Of a stretch of 64,000 bases of DNA, positions 36,890 through 47,019 are shown piece after piece. Source of the stretch: Bdellovibrionota bacterium (lineage in GTDB: Bacteria > Bdellovibrionota > FAC87 > UBA2466); the NCBI GenBank assembly GCA_041749855.1, contig JBGTAN010000034.1, positions 5,457 through 69,456 of the forward strand. The letters are read 5' to 3'. Both the position numbers and the translations under genes were made by a program. How positions within the stretch are numbered: position 1 is the first letter of the stretch; every line of letters begins with the position of its first letter. The notes beneath the pieces are model-generated. The model saw only the letters and a program-made list of their open reading frames with translations. It ran no database searches and had not been told where the DNA came from.

Positions 36890-37768
36890 TTAAGTATGTC
36901 GCAGCCCTAGTTCAATGGTCATTTCACCCAGGTCAGACTCAAAAGGCAGAACTAGCGAAGGACTGGGTGTGAGTGGTCGAACCCGCAAGGCAGGTCCACT
37001 GAATATGGTGGGAAGCGTTTTTCCGAAAAGATGCCCTTTCTCGTTCAACGCTTTTTTGGCCTGACCGAAGATAATGTTGAGTAGCTCACCGCAACCATCC
37101 TCGACGTCCGTGGTGATGGAATCGTATTTCTCTCCCAGCATACGGTTCATAATTTCAAGAAACGTTTCTTCCTTGAATCCGAGAGCAACGGATCCACTCA
37201 CCTTTTTGCTTAGCATGCCCATTGAAGCCGCAATGTCGTAACCAGGTTTCGCCTGGGCATTTTTGACACTGGCTTTTCCAGCCTTGAACTCCGTCGAGCA
37301 CTGAATCCCCAGTGTGCGAATCGCTGCATCTTGAAAGATAGAGATCATCAGCTTGTCCAACTCCGCATCATCTACCCCGCGCTTCTTGGGAGCAGTGCTT
37401 TTTGCATTCCGCTTTTTGGTGGTTTGGAGAGTTTCGAAAACGGCTTCCAGCGACTGCACGGCCTGTGGCTTCGAACCGGGATCGAAGGACAGCACGCTCG
37501 ATTTTGTTCCGTCTGCAATACGAATGAAAAAGAAAGTATGCCGACCGGCGATATCCAAAAGGTTCTGGCACAGTGCCTTCCAGGCGTCAGCACTCAGCTT
37601 CTGATCTTCCATGTCCACGACAATGGCCGACATACCGGGCGTTCCCGGGCTACCCAACTGGTCTGCCATTTGTTGTGGAATCGAACTGAACTCCGCCATG
37701 GACGACTTAGATGAAATGAGAAGAATCAGCATTCCTTGGCGTTGCACAAACTGGATGTTCGTAGACAC
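36890..37768 (-). CDS. CheX/CheC-like chemotaxis phosphatase domain protein with N-terminal extension
   Basis: The C-terminal region GELLNIIFGQAKKAL resembles the CheX/CheC E..N..G motif. Confidence 0.45.
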   Translation of the reverse strand: MSTNIQFVQRQGMLILLISSKSSMAEFSSIPQQMADQLGSPGTPGMSAIVVDMEDQKLSADAWKALCQNLLDIAGRHTFFFIRIADGTKSSVLSFDPGSKPQAVQSLEAVFETLQTTKKRNAKSTAPKKRGVDDAELDKLMISIFQDAAIRTLGIQCSTEFKAGKASVKNAQAKPGYDIAASMGMLSKKVSGSVALGFKEETFLEIMNRMLGEKYDSITTDVEDGCGELLNIIFGQAKKALNEKGHLFGKTLPTIFSGPALRVRPLTPSPSLVLPFESDLGEMTIELGLRHT

Positions 37769-37980
37769 AAATGGCTCCTTATGATGCCGCGCGGCGAGAG
37801 AGGTGGTGAGCGGGCGACCGCTCTTACTATTTTATTCGATCCCCCCTCATTTTACACCTTGACCACGCTTACATACATTTGTATGTTCTTCTACAGAAGG
37901 AGGCCATAGTAGTAGAAAAAACAATATAGGAATCAACGTTTACGTGCTTACCGGGGGATCGAATACCCAATACGTATCGC

Positions 37981-39177
37981 CTAAAAGCGTTTGCTCCAGG
38001 CGCGCGTTCGATCCCCCGTCCCCTCTCTCCAATCGGAAAGCAAGAAAGCGATGAGATCTTGCCGTTCCTCGTCAAGAAATCCCGCGCGCCGATCCACCCA
38101 ATGTTCGTGTCCTGCGCCTTTGACATGTACCTGCCTCAAATCCGGATGAGAGCTATTGGCGAGAATCACTTGGCCGCGCAAGTCGCGATCGAAAAGAGCA
38201 TGAAGACTTTGAACCGGATCCACCGGCCTTTGAGCAAGCAGTGTAAGTGGCAACCCGATTTCACCCCCTTCAAAGCCCATCGCCACTCCCCCATCCGTTA
38301 AATAAGGTGCACGCCAATACAAACCAAGAAGTCCGGGCCCTTTGCTTGATCCCAACGCAGGACCGGAATGACACTTCACGCACCCCGCCCTGAGAAAAAC
38401 TTGCGCTCCCCCTTTGTGCCCCAACGTTGCTGTGGAAGGAGCCAGTCTGGGAGGAATCACGGCATTTTCCCAAGTAACAATCGCAAGCGCCTTTTCTTTC
38501 GTAACGAAAGCCCGGTGCGACTCGGGAAGTTCATGGTTCATCCCCGTCCAAACCGCAGGAATTTTTTCGGGAACACTTTCGATATCGGACGAGGCGCTGC
38601 CCGTTCCTGGTGGCCATTTCGAAAAGCGCTCACTCACTACTTCGTCTTTCTCCGAGCCCGTGAGGGCAAGTAGCAACCCAATATTTAGGTTGGAGTTCGG
38701 TGCTCCGTGCAAAACCCTTCCCTCTGCCGAGACGGTTGAGTGACAGAACGCGCACGTAACGCCCAGCTGAATTCGGCTGCCGAATTTACGAATGCGAATT
38801 CCCAGGGGAACGAAGCTCCCGCGAGGAACGTCCAGGCCCGTATCGATGGGCTGCCCTTTTACAAAGCGCTTCTTGCCTATCGTCACGTCCGAATCGAGTT
38901 CTACTTGAAGGTTCGAAGTACCGTGCCCGGCGAGTCGGAAAGAAGCGCGAGCAAAGGCCAAAATCGAGAGTGGCGAAGTCAGCAATCCAATGCGCTCTGC
39001 CAGATAGATTTCACTGCCATGCGTATCCGCATAAAAAGCTTGGCGCCCCTGTCGAAAGACCGTGTCGCCTAAAGCAGCATTTTCCGTGGGCTCCCAAACA
39101 TAATCTACCCCCCACAGATACAGGGCGACTGCCAAAAGTGCAGCAAAAGCGCCCAAAAAGCCTATCTTCCTTCCCAT
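37981..39177 (-). CDS. di-haem cytochrome c peroxidase family protein
   Basis: Two CxxCH motifs (CAFCH, CVKCH) plus RAPYLTDGG, typical of the CCP/MauG family. N-terminal signal/TM segment. Confidence 0.7.
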   Translation of the reverse strand: MGRKIGFLGAFAALLAVALYLWGVDYVWEPTENAALGDTVFRQGRQAFYADTHGSEIYLAERIGLLTSPLSILAFARASFRLAGHGTSNLQVELDSDVTIGKKRFVKGQPIDTGLDVPRGSFVPLGIRIRKFGSRIQLGVTCAFCHSTVSAEGRVLHGAPNSNLNIGLLLALTGSEKDEVVSERFSKWPPGTGSASSDIESVPEKIPAVWTGMNHELPESHRAFVTKEKALAIVTWENAVIPPRLAPSTATLGHKGGAQVFLRAGCVKCHSGPALGSSKGPGLLGLYWRAPYLTDGGVAMGFEGGEIGLPLTLLAQRPVDPVQSLHALFDRDLRGQVILANSSHPDLRQVHVKGAGHEHWVDRRAGFLDEERQDLIAFLLSDWREGTGDRTRAWSKRF

Positions 39178-39207
39178 TTTACGGGAAGCTGCAATCAGTA
39201 TTCCAAA

Positions 39208-39447
39208 CTAGGGCCGCTCGGTAGGGGCTCGCTGAAGAAATTCGCGCCGACTCATTCCCAAGCAAACGACTTCAGACTCAACACGTTTTACCCAATCGAG
39301 GGGAACCCAGCGGTATTTTCCATCTGGGAAGTCCACCCGCTCCAACTTCACGTAAGATCCATCGACAAAGTCCACGGTTCCGCAAACGGCGCCGCGGCTA
39401 TCGAAAGCTTTCACGCGCCATCCCGGCTTGATTTGGTCAGCATCCAT
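39208..39447 (-). CDS. small hypothetical protein (79 aa)
   Basis: ATG-initiated ORF. No domain recognised. Confidence 0.3.
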   Translation of the reverse strand: MDADQIKPGWRVKAFDSRGAVCGTVDFVDGSYVKLERVDFPDGKYRWVPLDWVKRVESEVVCLGMSRREFLQRAPTERP

Positions 39448-39511
39448 TCATTCACTCCTATAAGGCAGCAGCTTACAACTCCGCTGGGGATTAGGCTACA
39501 AGCCCTGCTCG

Positions 39512-40759
39512 CTAGGGCTCGGGTTCCACTACGTCGTATACGGCTGGCTTAATTGGCATTTCGTAAATGGAATAGCGCTTGTGCAACGTACCGCCCATCA
39601 TTTGAATGCGACGAATAATCTCCGAGTTGTTCGCTTCAACCCAGGAGAGCTCCACCGAACTGAATTGCTGCCCACGACGCAACGTCTCGGCATAGAAAAG
39701 CGCGTCCAAACCACAATGCCGGCAATCCGGATGCACACCGAGCACTGCCAATCGCCCCTGGCGAGGCGTGCGCGTCAAGACTTGGGCCGCGACTCCTGCC
39801 ATGCGCAACCAACCGAGCGCTCGCGGAATGCGGCGCACCCTAAGCATGAACTCATTTACATCGGGCAGGAGCAACGAGAATGCCACTGGTTTGCCGCGGT
39901 AATTCGCGATGAGCACCATACTAGGATCGACGATATCTTTAAGATCCTTTGCAGCGAACATGAGCTCTTCATGCGTGATCGGCACAAAGCCCCAATTGCG
40001 ATTCATGGTCGCATTGAACAGGTCCGCGATAATCTGCATCTCGCTATCGAGATTTTCCACGTCCAGGGAACGCAGCTCGAAATTCCCATGGCGTTTCAGG
40101 CGCCCCTCAATCTTCTTCACCAAATCCGGCATCGGGAGTGCTGTGGTCGTGTAGGCGTGTAGTTCACGAATCGGTTTGAGCCCTAGCGATTCATAAACGT
40201 CGGCATAATACGCTGGATTGTACGGCATCAGTACGAGTGGGGGCGAATCGAAGCCTTCGATAAGCAATCCATTCTCGTCATTTACAGTTGGGTTGTACGG
40301 CCCTCGCATGGACGTCTTTGAGAAGCGTTCCAGCTGAAAGTGAACGGTATCAAGCAGAGCGTCAGCAACTCCCTCATCGTTGATGAAATCAAAAAAGCCG
40401 AAGAACCCAGTCTTATCGGAATAGTACTTGTTGTGCGCCGGGTTGATGATTGCGGCGATGCGCCCAACGATTTTTCCGTTCTTGTAAGCAACATAGGGAA
40501 AGATCGCTCCGCCCGAATGAACCAGAGGAGAGCGGTGATCAATGAGCTTTACTACGCTGCCCGGAAAGGGCGGGACAAACTGCGGATCGCGCTTGTGCAA
40601 GCGTTCCGGAACCGACTCAAACAGTTTCAACTCTTGCGCGGTGACGCACTGACGAACTTCGATGTTCCCCAATAGAGCGCCCGGACACGTGGCCCCGATA
40701 GCCGGAAAAAATGAAAGGCAGGCTACGACCAGCACTGCTCGCAAGAAAAGGGAAGTCAT
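39512..40759 (-). CDS. secreted GNAT-fold N-acyltransferase-like protein
   Basis: Signal peptide MTSLFLRAVLVVACLSF. The C-terminus LSWVEANNSEIIRRIQMMGG is GNAT-like. The ORF extends to 40828. Confidence 0.45.
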   Translation of the reverse strand: MTSLFLRAVLVVACLSFFPAIGATCPGALLGNIEVRQCVTAQELKLFESVPERLHKRDPQFVPPFPGSVVKLIDHRSPLVHSGGAIFPYVAYKNGKIVGRIAAIINPAHNKYYSDKTGFFGFFDFINDEGVADALLDTVHFQLERFSKTSMRGPYNPTVNDENGLLIEGFDSPPLVLMPYNPAYYADVYESLGLKPIRELHAYTTTALPMPDLVKKIEGRLKRHGNFELRSLDVENLDSEMQIIADLFNATMNRNWGFVPITHEELMFAAKDLKDIVDPSMVLIANYRGKPVAFSLLLPDVNEFMLRVRRIPRALGWLRMAGVAAQVLTRTPRQGRLAVLGVHPDCRHCGLDALFYAETLRRGQQFSSVELSWVEANNSEIIRRIQMMGGTLHKRYSIYEMPIKPAVYDVVEPEP

Positions 40760-40889
40760 TCGCGCGCCACCTTTACCCGCCTGGCATTGGGATGCAACCG
40801 GATTCTTGTGCTGATTATTGCTAGGCAAAAATTCCCTCAGCGCCCCTCAAATATGGTATTTGAGCCCAGTTGATAGGGTTGTAGCACCA

Positions 40890-42128
40890 ATGCCAAAAAG
40901 CCTTTCGAAGCGAACACTGCTATTGCAGCGACTCTTTTTTCTAGGCCTCAGTGTATCTAGTTCCGGTATGGCTCAGTCCGCCCCTGGTTCCAACTTTGAA
41001 CTCGCCGACTGTGCGCGTGCACTGCTGGGTGAAAACGACGCTTTCGGGGATGCTGACACCGTTATCAGTTGGGACCCCTCCCGCACCGGCATTCCGGCCT
41101 CGCGTCTCCATATTGTTCGCAGCCCCGCACCGGAAGCTCAAAAGCGTCCCGTGCTTGTGCTTATCCCGGGCGGTCCGGGACTCAGTAGCGTGACGATTAA
41201 GCCCTTGGAAATTCTGAGCAGTCACTTCGATTTGATTTTTGTCGACCCACCGGGTGCGGGCCAAAGCCCTACCCACGTCCTAGGAAGGCCTGAGACCGAT
41301 CCGTATGAAATGTATGAGTGGTTCATTCGCCACCTTCACAAAAACCTATCTCGCACGGTGGCACAGTTTTTTGGTGGGCGGTCGATAATCCTACTCGGCC
41401 ACTCCTACGGTGGCGTCTTCGCGGCCGATCTGGCCGCCCGTTACGCGACTGCATCACCGCCGATCGTAGGCTTGATTCCCATTTCATCTTTCCTCTCGCG
41501 CTCGGCACACACCATTGCCGCCGACAACAGAGAGCATGCGCGTCGCAATGACCCCTCCTACGAAAAGTATAAGGCAATGGTCATGGATTGGACGCTGGAT
41601 AGGGAGCGCGGGAACTTGGTGAAATGGGTTCGCGAACGCACAGGAATCGGTGGCGATGGGCCCATTCAGGAAGAGGATATTTTGAAGCTCGCGAAGGACT
41701 TTGACCGTGAGGCGTTTATTCGATGGGCCGTCGCCTACGGGGACCTGATCTGGAACAGTCGCGATGAGGCACAGGTACGAGCACTCCTAGAGGCGGATAG
41801 AACAACGTGCTCACCGGAGTCCGTTCGTGTGCTCCAGTTTCCATGGCGCCGAGACTACAACCGAAACGACTGGATGATTTCCCAACTCGCAACGCTGCCT
41901 CAGGTTCGTAAGCTCATCATCAGCGGTGGGAACGATAGAATGCTCCCTTCGGCCGTGCAGGCTCTCGATGCCGAACGCATGGGAGGCCGATCGATCATTA
42001 TTAGCAAAGCCTCTCACTTCGTATTTACTTCGAATCTTACGGGTGTCGCGACAGCGATTCAAAACGAGTTTGGAGACATGGACGGAAGCGCGCACTTAAG
42101 CCCCGGTAGAGACTCCGACCAACACTGA
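40890..42128 (+). CDS. alpha/beta hydrolase (prolyl aminopeptidase-like), secreted
   Basis: Signal peptide plus the nucleophile elbow GHSYGG. The ORF extends upstream to 40818. Confidence 0.65.
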   Translation: MPKSLSKRTLLLQRLFFLGLSVSSSGMAQSAPGSNFELADCARALLGENDAFGDADTVISWDPSRTGIPASRLHIVRSPAPEAQKRPVLVLIPGGPGLSSVTIKPLEILSSHFDLIFVDPPGAGQSPTHVLGRPETDPYEMYEWFIRHLHKNLSRTVAQFFGGRSIILLGHSYGGVFAADLAARYATASPPIVGLIPISSFLSRSAHTIAADNREHARRNDPSYEKYKAMVMDWTLDRERGNLVKWVRERTGIGGDGPIQEEDILKLAKDFDREAFIRWAVAYGDLIWNSRDEAQVRALLEADRTTCSPESVRVLQFPWRRDYNRNDWMISQLATLPQVRKLIISGGNDRMLPSAVQALDAERMGGRSIIISKASHFVFTSNLTGVATAIQNEFGDMDGSAHLSPGRDSDQH

Positions 42129-43745
42129 TCCTGAATCACGCTTTCCCGACCTGTCTTCGTCGGCCAATGCCTTCAACGTAGAAACCAAATGCAAGGGATT
42201 AACGGGCTTACTCAAGTAGTCATTGCAACCGGCAGCTAGACATTTCAAGCGCTCCTCGGTAAGCGCATGAGCCGTCAGTGCGACGATGGGATTGAAAAAC
42301 CCCGCGGCTCGCAAACGCTTGGTCGCCTCATAGCCGTCGACAACCGGCATTTGAATATCCATCAAAACAACATCAACGGATTCAGTCTGCGCCATATGGA
42401 TTCCCGACTGGCCATCTTCCGCCCGGAGCACTTGCGCTCCTGCACGAGTCAATAACCGACACAGCAGCATTTGAATGTCAGGATTATCTTCCACTACAAG
42501 GATGCGTTTACCCTTAAGGGGTTCCGTTTCCAGTAATGATGCCAAATCATTGCTTGCCGTGTGGTTCATCTTATTTCCTACTCCAGAAGGCAAAGGTATC
42601 GGTTTGCGCGGCAAAATTCCAAACGTAATGGAGAAGGTGCTTCCTATTCCAGGATCACTGCGCAGCAATCGAACGTCGCCGCCCATGAGTTGGGCGAGCC
42701 GTTGCGACACAATCAAGCCTAATCCGGTGCCACCGAATCGGCGGCTCATCGAACTGTCCCCTTGCGAAAAAGGTTTGAACAATCGGTGGGACGACTTGGC
42801 AGAAATACCCACTCCCCCATCTTCTACTAGAATCTGAATTAACCCCGCCTTGGGCGACGTGACGTGGATGTCAATCTTACCCCGGTTGGTGAACTTCAGT
42901 GCATTTCCAACAATATTTAGAAGGATCCGCCGCACAGCGACACTGTCTGCATAAATCCACTCAGGGAGTTTGTCGTCGATACGAACGTTAAACTCGAGTC
43001 CTTTAGCTTCGGCCGCGGCCTTTTGCGACTCGAGTGCCTCATTCAAACACCGACGGAGCAACACCCACTCGGAATGGAGGGTAAACATACCCGACTCGAT
43101 TTTTGAAAGATCGAGGACCCCATCCACCAGACTAGAAAGGTGCTCCGCATTGCCCTGAATGCTTGAAATCCAAACTGCTCTATCTTCCGGAGTTTCTGGA
43201 GTGCCGTCGCTCAGCAACTCGGCAAATCCCAGAATAGCCGTCAAAGGCGTTCGGATTTCATGACTCATATTTGCCAAAAACTCTGTTTTCGCCCGGTTTG
43301 CAGCTTCGGCGGCTTCTTTAGCAGCGAGAAGCGCCTCTGCTCGCTGCTTTTCGGCGGTGATATCTCGAAACACCACGACCGCCATATCGGGGGGAATGGG
43401 ATAGGCATTGGCGGAAATATTGCGCCCTTGTGGAAGGGCGGCGTTGCGAATCACCATTTCAAAATCCTTCACCGTCTTTCCGGCAAGGGCTTGAACCATC
43501 GCTAGCTCGTGAGGGGGAACCAAAGTGCGACCATCGGCGTAGAAAATACCGTAGTGCTCAGACCACTTTGCTTGGGCTTCTTTAGCGATACCAAAACCCA
43601 TCAGCTCACGGGCGGCTGAGTTAAACAGCACAATTCCCCCGTTTTTATGGCCGACCGCGACACCTTCAGAAAGGGTATCGATAGTAAGTTCGAGCAGCCT
43701 GAGCTGTCGAAATACGGACTCGGAATATTCGAGACCTTTAAGCAT
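42096..43745 (-). CDS. hybrid sensor histidine kinase (PAS, HisKA, HATPase and receiver domains)
   Basis: H-box SHEIRTPL. G-boxes GGTGLGL. C-terminal receiver with VVEDNPD...DIQMPVVDG. Confidence 0.85.
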   Translation of the reverse strand: MLKGLEYSESVFRQLRLLELTIDTLSEGVAVGHKNGGIVLFNSAARELMGFGIAKEAQAKWSEHYGIFYADGRTLVPPHELAMVQALAGKTVKDFEMVIRNAALPQGRNISANAYPIPPDMAVVVFRDITAEKQRAEALLAAKEAAEAANRAKTEFLANMSHEIRTPLTAILGFAELLSDGTPETPEDRAVWISSIQGNAEHLSSLVDGVLDLSKIESGMFTLHSEWVLLRRCLNEALESQKAAAEAKGLEFNVRIDDKLPEWIYADSVAVRRILLNIVGNALKFTNRGKIDIHVTSPKAGLIQILVEDGGVGISAKSSHRLFKPFSQGDSSMSRRFGGTGLGLIVSQRLAQLMGGDVRLLRSDPGIGSTFSITFGILPRKPIPLPSGVGNKMNHTASNDLASLLETEPLKGKRILVVEDNPDIQMLLCRLLTRAGAQVLRAEDGQSGIHMAQTESVDVVLMDIQMPVVDGYEATKRLRAAGFFNPIVALTAHALTEERLKCLAAGCNDYLSKPVNPLHLVSTLKALADEDRSGKRDSGSVLVGVSTGA

Positions 43746-43931
43746 TGGTCGGGCGTTCTAGCACGACCCAATGAGGGGGTGGGCGATAAATGCACACTCA
43801 ACCGAAAACTTCATATTTTACATCGCGAGGTTTCGCAGAATAAAACTGGAATCACGTTATCATTATCTACTTATCCCCTTGGAGAAACCCCATGCGTCAA
43901 TCCACCCTTGGACTAATCCTTTTGTTTTCAA

Positions 43932-44426
43932 TTGTTTGGGCTGAAACAATCCCTGCTGCTTCCCTCTAACGGTAGCGATAAAGCTGGGGCTGATTCGCGC
44001 ACGGTTGACACCCGCCCTACTGCCCTCTCAGCGGCCGCACAGGCAATCCTCAACAAGCGTTGGGCAATGGCCCAGACTGGTATGGAGGCTTATGTCTCGG
44101 CACTCACCTCCGAACTGGGTGGCTTCCCTTCCTGCGGGTTCGTGTACCAACAAGTGGATGTGCTTTTAAACAAGAACGGCTGCCCCACACTTTCGGCCCA
44201 ATTGGCGCGCTCAGCGGGTCTTGTGTTCACCGGACGAGATGCCCGTTTGGTAGGGAAGGACTACGAAATGCTCGATGCCTTCAAAGACCCCGAAGGACAT
44301 CAGCACAAGGGCGTTTTCTTACACGCCGAAGCGCTGGCCGCACTGCTCTATCTTTCTGAGCTCCCTGGCTCACAGCGCGATCTTCTCGACTCCATCGAAG
44401 TCGGAAATCCCATTAAGACGCCCTAG
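43932..44426 (+). CDS. hypothetical protein; possibly the frameshifted continuation of a signal-peptide ORF starting at 43892
   Basis: TTG-initiated ORF. An upstream ATG at 43892 encodes a 25-aa signal-like peptide, then terminates in another frame. Confidence 0.35.
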   Translation: MFGLKQSLLLPSNGSDKAGADSRTVDTRPTALSAAAQAILNKRWAMAQTGMEAYVSALTSELGGFPSCGFVYQQVDVLLNKNGCPTLSAQLARSAGLVFTGRDARLVGKDYEMLDAFKDPEGHQHKGVFLHAEALAALLYLSELPGSQRDLLDSIEVGNPIKTP

Positions 44427-45940
44427 GGCCTCGCCACTCGACCTGATTCCTCCGCGAAACGGCGCAAGCGCTGTTCCACTTCAGGAGTCCACGCGTCGGC
44501 AGGTAAGCGCCACACCCAATTGTCCCTGCGTTGTTCAGGACGGGGCGCTGTGCTCCAAGTTCCGGGCACGTTCATTCGGTGTTCTTGACCAAGTCTTAAG
44601 ACATCTTGCGCTTGGAGAAACACGAGGCCCGCATTGGAGTGGTAGATCGAGGCTATGGCCCCCCAGAATACTTTATCGGTGTTGCGCCCGTGCTCTTCCA
44701 GAAAGCCCGCGAGGGTATTCATATCATGCGTTGCAGGATAGGCGACATCTTCCGGCTGATAGTGGGCGGGGCGGTGTTTTCTCTTTCCGCCCCTTCCATA
44801 CCCAAATTGCCAAATTTTCATTCCGGGAATGCCGTGCGCCTTTCGCATCTGAAGCACGGTGGGGGGCACCGTGGAGCCAAGGTCTTCTGCGATCAACCGA
44901 TGCGGACCCAACGCTTTCGCGACGAAGTCGAGCATCTGCGCGCCGCCAGCTTTGATCCACTCTCCTCCAGCTGCTGTCTGCGCACCCGCATCGATGGCAT
45001 AAAACGCATCTAGGCCAAGAAAATGATCCACTCGCACCACGTCGTAGAGTTCGTACATCCGTTGGAGCCGGGCCACCCAATAGCGATAGCCCGATGCTAG
45101 GAGTTTGCAGTAGTCGTACAGCAGCGTGTCCCAAAGCTGGCCGTCTTTGTAAACGTTACACGGCGGGTAACCGGAAACTTTAAGGGGGTTTCCATCACCA
45201 TCGATGAGAAAGGCTTCCGGAAAAGCCGCCGCATCTACACTGCCTCGCGCCACATAAATCGGCAGATCGCCCACCAGCGCAATGCCTTTGCGATTGGCGT
45301 AAGCGCGCAGCACCTTAAGTTGCTCATCTAGAATGTACTGTCCAAAAACGGTTTGGGCGGCAGAAACGCCGGAGTGCTTAAGCTCCATCGCGACATGGAA
45401 GTCCAACCACTCGGCTTTTTGTTTCTGGAAGGCAGCCATCCCCATCCGCAATCCGCTGAATTTAGCGTCGGCAAGATTTCGTAGGGCTTCCCTAACACCT
45501 CGGTTACGAATTTTGCGCGCAAGAGGCAGATCAGCCGGCCCACCAGGATCCACTTTAAGTGACTCGGCGAATTCCCTGGAAATAAGGCCTTTGGCTACCA
45601 AACCATCGATACTTAAGTAGGCGACGTCGATCGCAAAGGAGTTGCTGGACTTGTAGGGAGATCCCACCTCGTCGGTGGGATTCAGAGGCAGAAGCGGCCA
45701 CCAGCGCTGACCGCTCCTATAAAGGCTATCGATGTAAGCGTAAGCCTCGGCACCAAAATCTCCCCGCGCGTAGGGGCCGGGCAATGAGCTGATGGCGAGT
45801 TGCACGCCGGCAGAGCGGTCCCCCAGTGTAGGAGGCCCAAAAGCAGATGCAGCGGCATGGGCGCGCAATTCCAGGGAGCAGTGGTGACCGAGCGCTACTC
45901 CATTCCATAATAGTGAAAGTGCAAAAACGAGAAGCGGCAT
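44423..45940 (-). CDS. malQ: 4-alpha-glucanotransferase (GH77, amylomaltase)
   Basis: GH77 motifs VRVDHFLGL and LIAEDLG. 505 aa. Confidence 0.8.
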   Translation of the reverse strand: MPLLVFALSLLWNGVALGHHCSLELRAHAAASAFGPPTLGDRSAGVQLAISSLPGPYARGDFGAEAYAYIDSLYRSGQRWWPLLPLNPTDEVGSPYKSSNSFAIDVAYLSIDGLVAKGLISREFAESLKVDPGGPADLPLARKIRNRGVREALRNLADAKFSGLRMGMAAFQKQKAEWLDFHVAMELKHSGVSAAQTVFGQYILDEQLKVLRAYANRKGIALVGDLPIYVARGSVDAAAFPEAFLIDGDGNPLKVSGYPPCNVYKDGQLWDTLLYDYCKLLASGYRYWVARLQRMYELYDVVRVDHFLGLDAFYAIDAGAQTAAGGEWIKAGGAQMLDFVAKALGPHRLIAEDLGSTVPPTVLQMRKAHGIPGMKIWQFGYGRGGKRKHRPAHYQPEDVAYPATHDMNTLAGFLEEHGRNTDKVFWGAIASIYHSNAGLVFLQAQDVLRLGQEHRMNVPGTWSTAPRPEQRRDNWVWRLPADAWTPEVEQRLRRFAEESGRVARP

Positions 45941-46283
45941 GACAGATTCCCCTCAAAACGAAGGGATCGGTATACCACAGGTCCCTTGATCCGACAGGCG
46001 CGTTCCGGTAGGTTGCGGCACATGTCAGTACCCTCCATTACCGAGCCTATCTGTCCCGTTAGCTTTGAAGTGACCAGCATTCTCTTGGGTGGGGGTCCCG
46101 ACTCTCGGACCAGCTTTTGGAAGACCTACCGGCAGGAACTCGCGCTTAATCAGAAAACGGAGTTTCGCAATGAACATGTGCGCATCTGCGGTCGAATGCT
46201 TGCTGCCGCTTTTTCGCGCTTGAATGAGCCGTACTTCTATCGCAATGGACGCTTGGTTGTGGAAAAGCCGATTGATTCTTTGG

Positions 46284-46919
46284 TTACTGCACGCCGTCTC
46301 GAACGTGACGCAGCTCGCGAAGGTCGTTGATAGTCCACGCATCAAAGTCCGAGGGGTTTCCGGGCATCCCTACCGTCTGAGTTATCGATGGGGAGATCAC
46401 CCCGGATGCCGTCGCCGTGAACCCCACCAGCGCTCCTCGACCGTTCACGTTATAAGTAGAAGGTTCACAAAAGCCCCACCCCACCCCGCCACGTTCTCGC
46501 ACATAGAACGTTACGTCCCCCCCAAGAGCACCAAACTGGGGGAGGTCCTGTTTCAAGTCGATCCCTGCCGGGGTCAGTATGCCCGGATAACCGTTTGATG
46601 GCAGACACGGGTTTCCTTCAATGAACCCAACGGAATAGATGAGACCCGGAACGGGGGCGTAGGTTACCGGGTTGGGCGCGCTCTCCGGAACGTACCCAAT
46701 CAACTTAAGCCGGGTCACATAGGTGTCGTACTCATTGAAAAAAGCGTTCTCCATCTTGTAAATGGCGGACAATGCAACTTTTGCCTCGGCTTGTTTTGCC
46801 TTCTGAATCATTCTGCGGAATGTCGGAACCCCCACCGTCGAGAGCACGCCTATGATCGCGACGACGATAAGCAGTTCAACCAGAGTAAAACCGGTAGATG
46901 TTCTAAAGCGACCCATCAA
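46284..46919 (-). CDS. prepilin-type N-terminal cleavage/methylation domain protein (type IV pilin or pseudopilin-like)
   Basis: N-terminus RTSTGFTLVELLIVVAIIGVLSTVGVP matches the class III signal with G/F and E5. Confidence 0.7.
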   Translation of the reverse strand: MMGRFRTSTGFTLVELLIVVAIIGVLSTVGVPTFRRMIQKAKQAEAKVALSAIYKMENAFFNEYDTYVTRLKLIGYVPESAPNPVTYAPVPGLIYSVGFIEGNPCLPSNGYPGILTPAGIDLKQDLPQFGALGGDVTFYVRERGGVGWGFCEPSTYNVNGRGALVGFTATASGVISPSITQTVGMPGNPSDFDAWTINDLRELRHVRDGVQ

Positions 46920-47019
46920 ACAAGGATACTATAGCGAACCCGGCGTTGCCCTACTTTCACCCAAATAAGTTTTGAAAAATCGAATTGAAGTGTACAAACC
47001 GCCTAATCGGGAGGCTCGT

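Noticed and set aside
45986-46330. 114-aa ORF between malQ and the pilin gene
   Set aside because: It has no RBS or domain support. Its 3' end overlaps the convergent pilin-like gene by 47 nt. Left as unsupported.
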